From sequence record SRR22947727_771: 61,110 bases of DNA. One strand, 5' to 3'. Each line of letters begins with the position of its first letter. Position 1 is the stretch's first letter. Positions 60,149-61,110 of this stretch are shown here, one piece after another. The translations under genes were made by a program, and so were the position numbers. The notes under the pieces are model-generated. The model was not told where the DNA came from, searched no databases, and saw only the letters and a list, made by a program, of their open reading frames with translations.

Positions 60149-61110
60149 TTAAACAGACAAGCGATGGCCCGTATCGCGATCAAAATAGGATGCCTTATTC
60201 AGATCAAAACAAAACTCCATCGACTTCCCCGCTTCGGCTGAGGTTTCCGCCTGAAGCCGCGCCGTAACTTCTTTGCCGCCAAGGCTGAGCACAACAAATG
60301 TATCGGCCCCTGCTGGCTCAACAACGCTCACTTTGCAGGGCGCCATTGGTTTTGCCGATCCATTGCGGAATTGACCATCAGTGATATCTTCTGGTCGCAG
60401 GCCAAGCATCACTTCGCTGGGAAGATCGCGCGCTTTGGTATCTGACAAAACCAGCGGATCTTCTCCAACACGGCGGATAATAATATCAAAGCCAGAAGAT
60501 GTTTTTGACGTTGAAGCGGGCACCAAATTCATCGCTGGCGAGCCCATAAAATCCGCTACAAATAAATTTGCGGGCCGATTGTAAATTTCTGCAGGCGTGC
60601 CGATTTGCTGGATAACACCACTTTTCATAACAACGATCTTGGTCGCCAAGGTCATCGCTTCGATCTGATCATGCGTCACATAAACCATCGAGGCCCCTAA
60701 GGATTGGTGTAGCTTCTTAATCTCGGTGCGCATTTCAACGCGCAGTTTGGCATCGAGGTTTGACAGGGGTTCATCAAATAAAAACAGCTTTGGATCGCGC
60801 ACCAACGCCCGCCCCATGGCCACCCTTTGGCGTTGTCCCCCAGAAAGTTGCCCCGGCCGCCGGTTCAACAATGGCTCAATTTGCAGCTGTCGTGACACTT
60901 CCTGCAATTTTTGCGCCTGAACCTCTTTTTCAACGCCGCGCACTTTCATGCCAAACGTGATATTTTTCGCAACCGTCATGGTGGGGTAGAGCGCATAGGA
61001 TTGAAACACCATTGCAATATTACGATCCTTAGGGCTTACATGGGTCATATCTTGCCCACTGATCGCGATCCCACCATCGCTGATCGGCTCGAGCCCAGCA
61101 ATGCAATTGA
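60149..61110 (-). CDS. Carbohydrate ABC transporter ATP-binding protein (5' end outside window)
   Basis: Frame stays open to the window edge (NCIAGLEPISDG...); AMVFQSYALYP, LSGGQRQR, LFDEP, TOBE. Confidence 0.92.
   Translation of the reverse strand, partial: NCIAGLEPISDGGIAISGQDMTHVSPKDRNIAMVFQSYALYPTMTVAKNITFGMKVRGVEKEVQAQKLQEVSRQLQIEPLLNRRPGQLSGGQRQRVAMGRALVRDPKLFLFDEPLSNLDAKLRVEMRTEIKKLHQSLGASMVYVTHDQIEAMTLATKIVVMKSGVIQQIGTPAEIYNRPANLFVADFMGSPAMNLVPASTSKTSSGFDIIIRRVGEDPLVLSDTKARDLPSEVMLGLRPEDITDGQFRNGSAKPMAPCKVSVVEPAGADTFVVLSLGGKEVTARLQAETSAEAGKSMEFCFDLNKASYFDRDTGHRLSV

Noticed and set aside
1..61110. Short antisense or off-frame ORFs in the track; CRISPR arrays, prophage, rRNA, intact tRNA or intact transposase
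   Set aside because: The short ORFs overlap well-supported genes and show no motifs; no repeat-spacer array, phage gene or complete RNA gene was seen on reading.

Overview
This 61 kb window looks like a marine Rhodobacteraceae (roseobacter-type alphaproteobacterium); this is inferred from gene content and order, not from a search. The left ~23 kb behaves like a flexible island. It holds a GcvT-family oxidoreductase, a DMT transporter, an isolated 3' fragment of a tRNA (Phe-like, probable att scar), MFS and Gate-domain transporters, and a 15 kb block bracketed by two decayed, co-oriented IS3-family remnants. That block carries two separate phosphodiester/glycerol-phosphate-type ABC uptake systems: one DeoR-linked with a GpdQ-like phosphodiesterase, a TIM-barrel enzyme and a HAD phosphatase, and one ugpBAECQ operon with a Pho box and a divergent LysR. 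The rest is mostly core or metabolic: metY, a large PilM/PilP-like membrane protein, cobT/cobS, carD-fdxA-hslR-helicase, a ligase-associated exonuclease plus ATP-dependent ligase, oligoendopeptidase F, thrS, a complete DUF2282-DUF692-DUF2063-DoxX (bufferin-type RiPP) operon, cspA, metR/metF, a membrane-anchored NYN/PIN protein, a beta-keto acid cleavage operon and an old yellow enzyme. Four pseudogenes that the ORF track shows only as fragments were reconstructed by hand. No CRISPR array, intact tRNA/rRNA, prophage or intact transposase was seen. All family assignments come from motif recognition without database searches.
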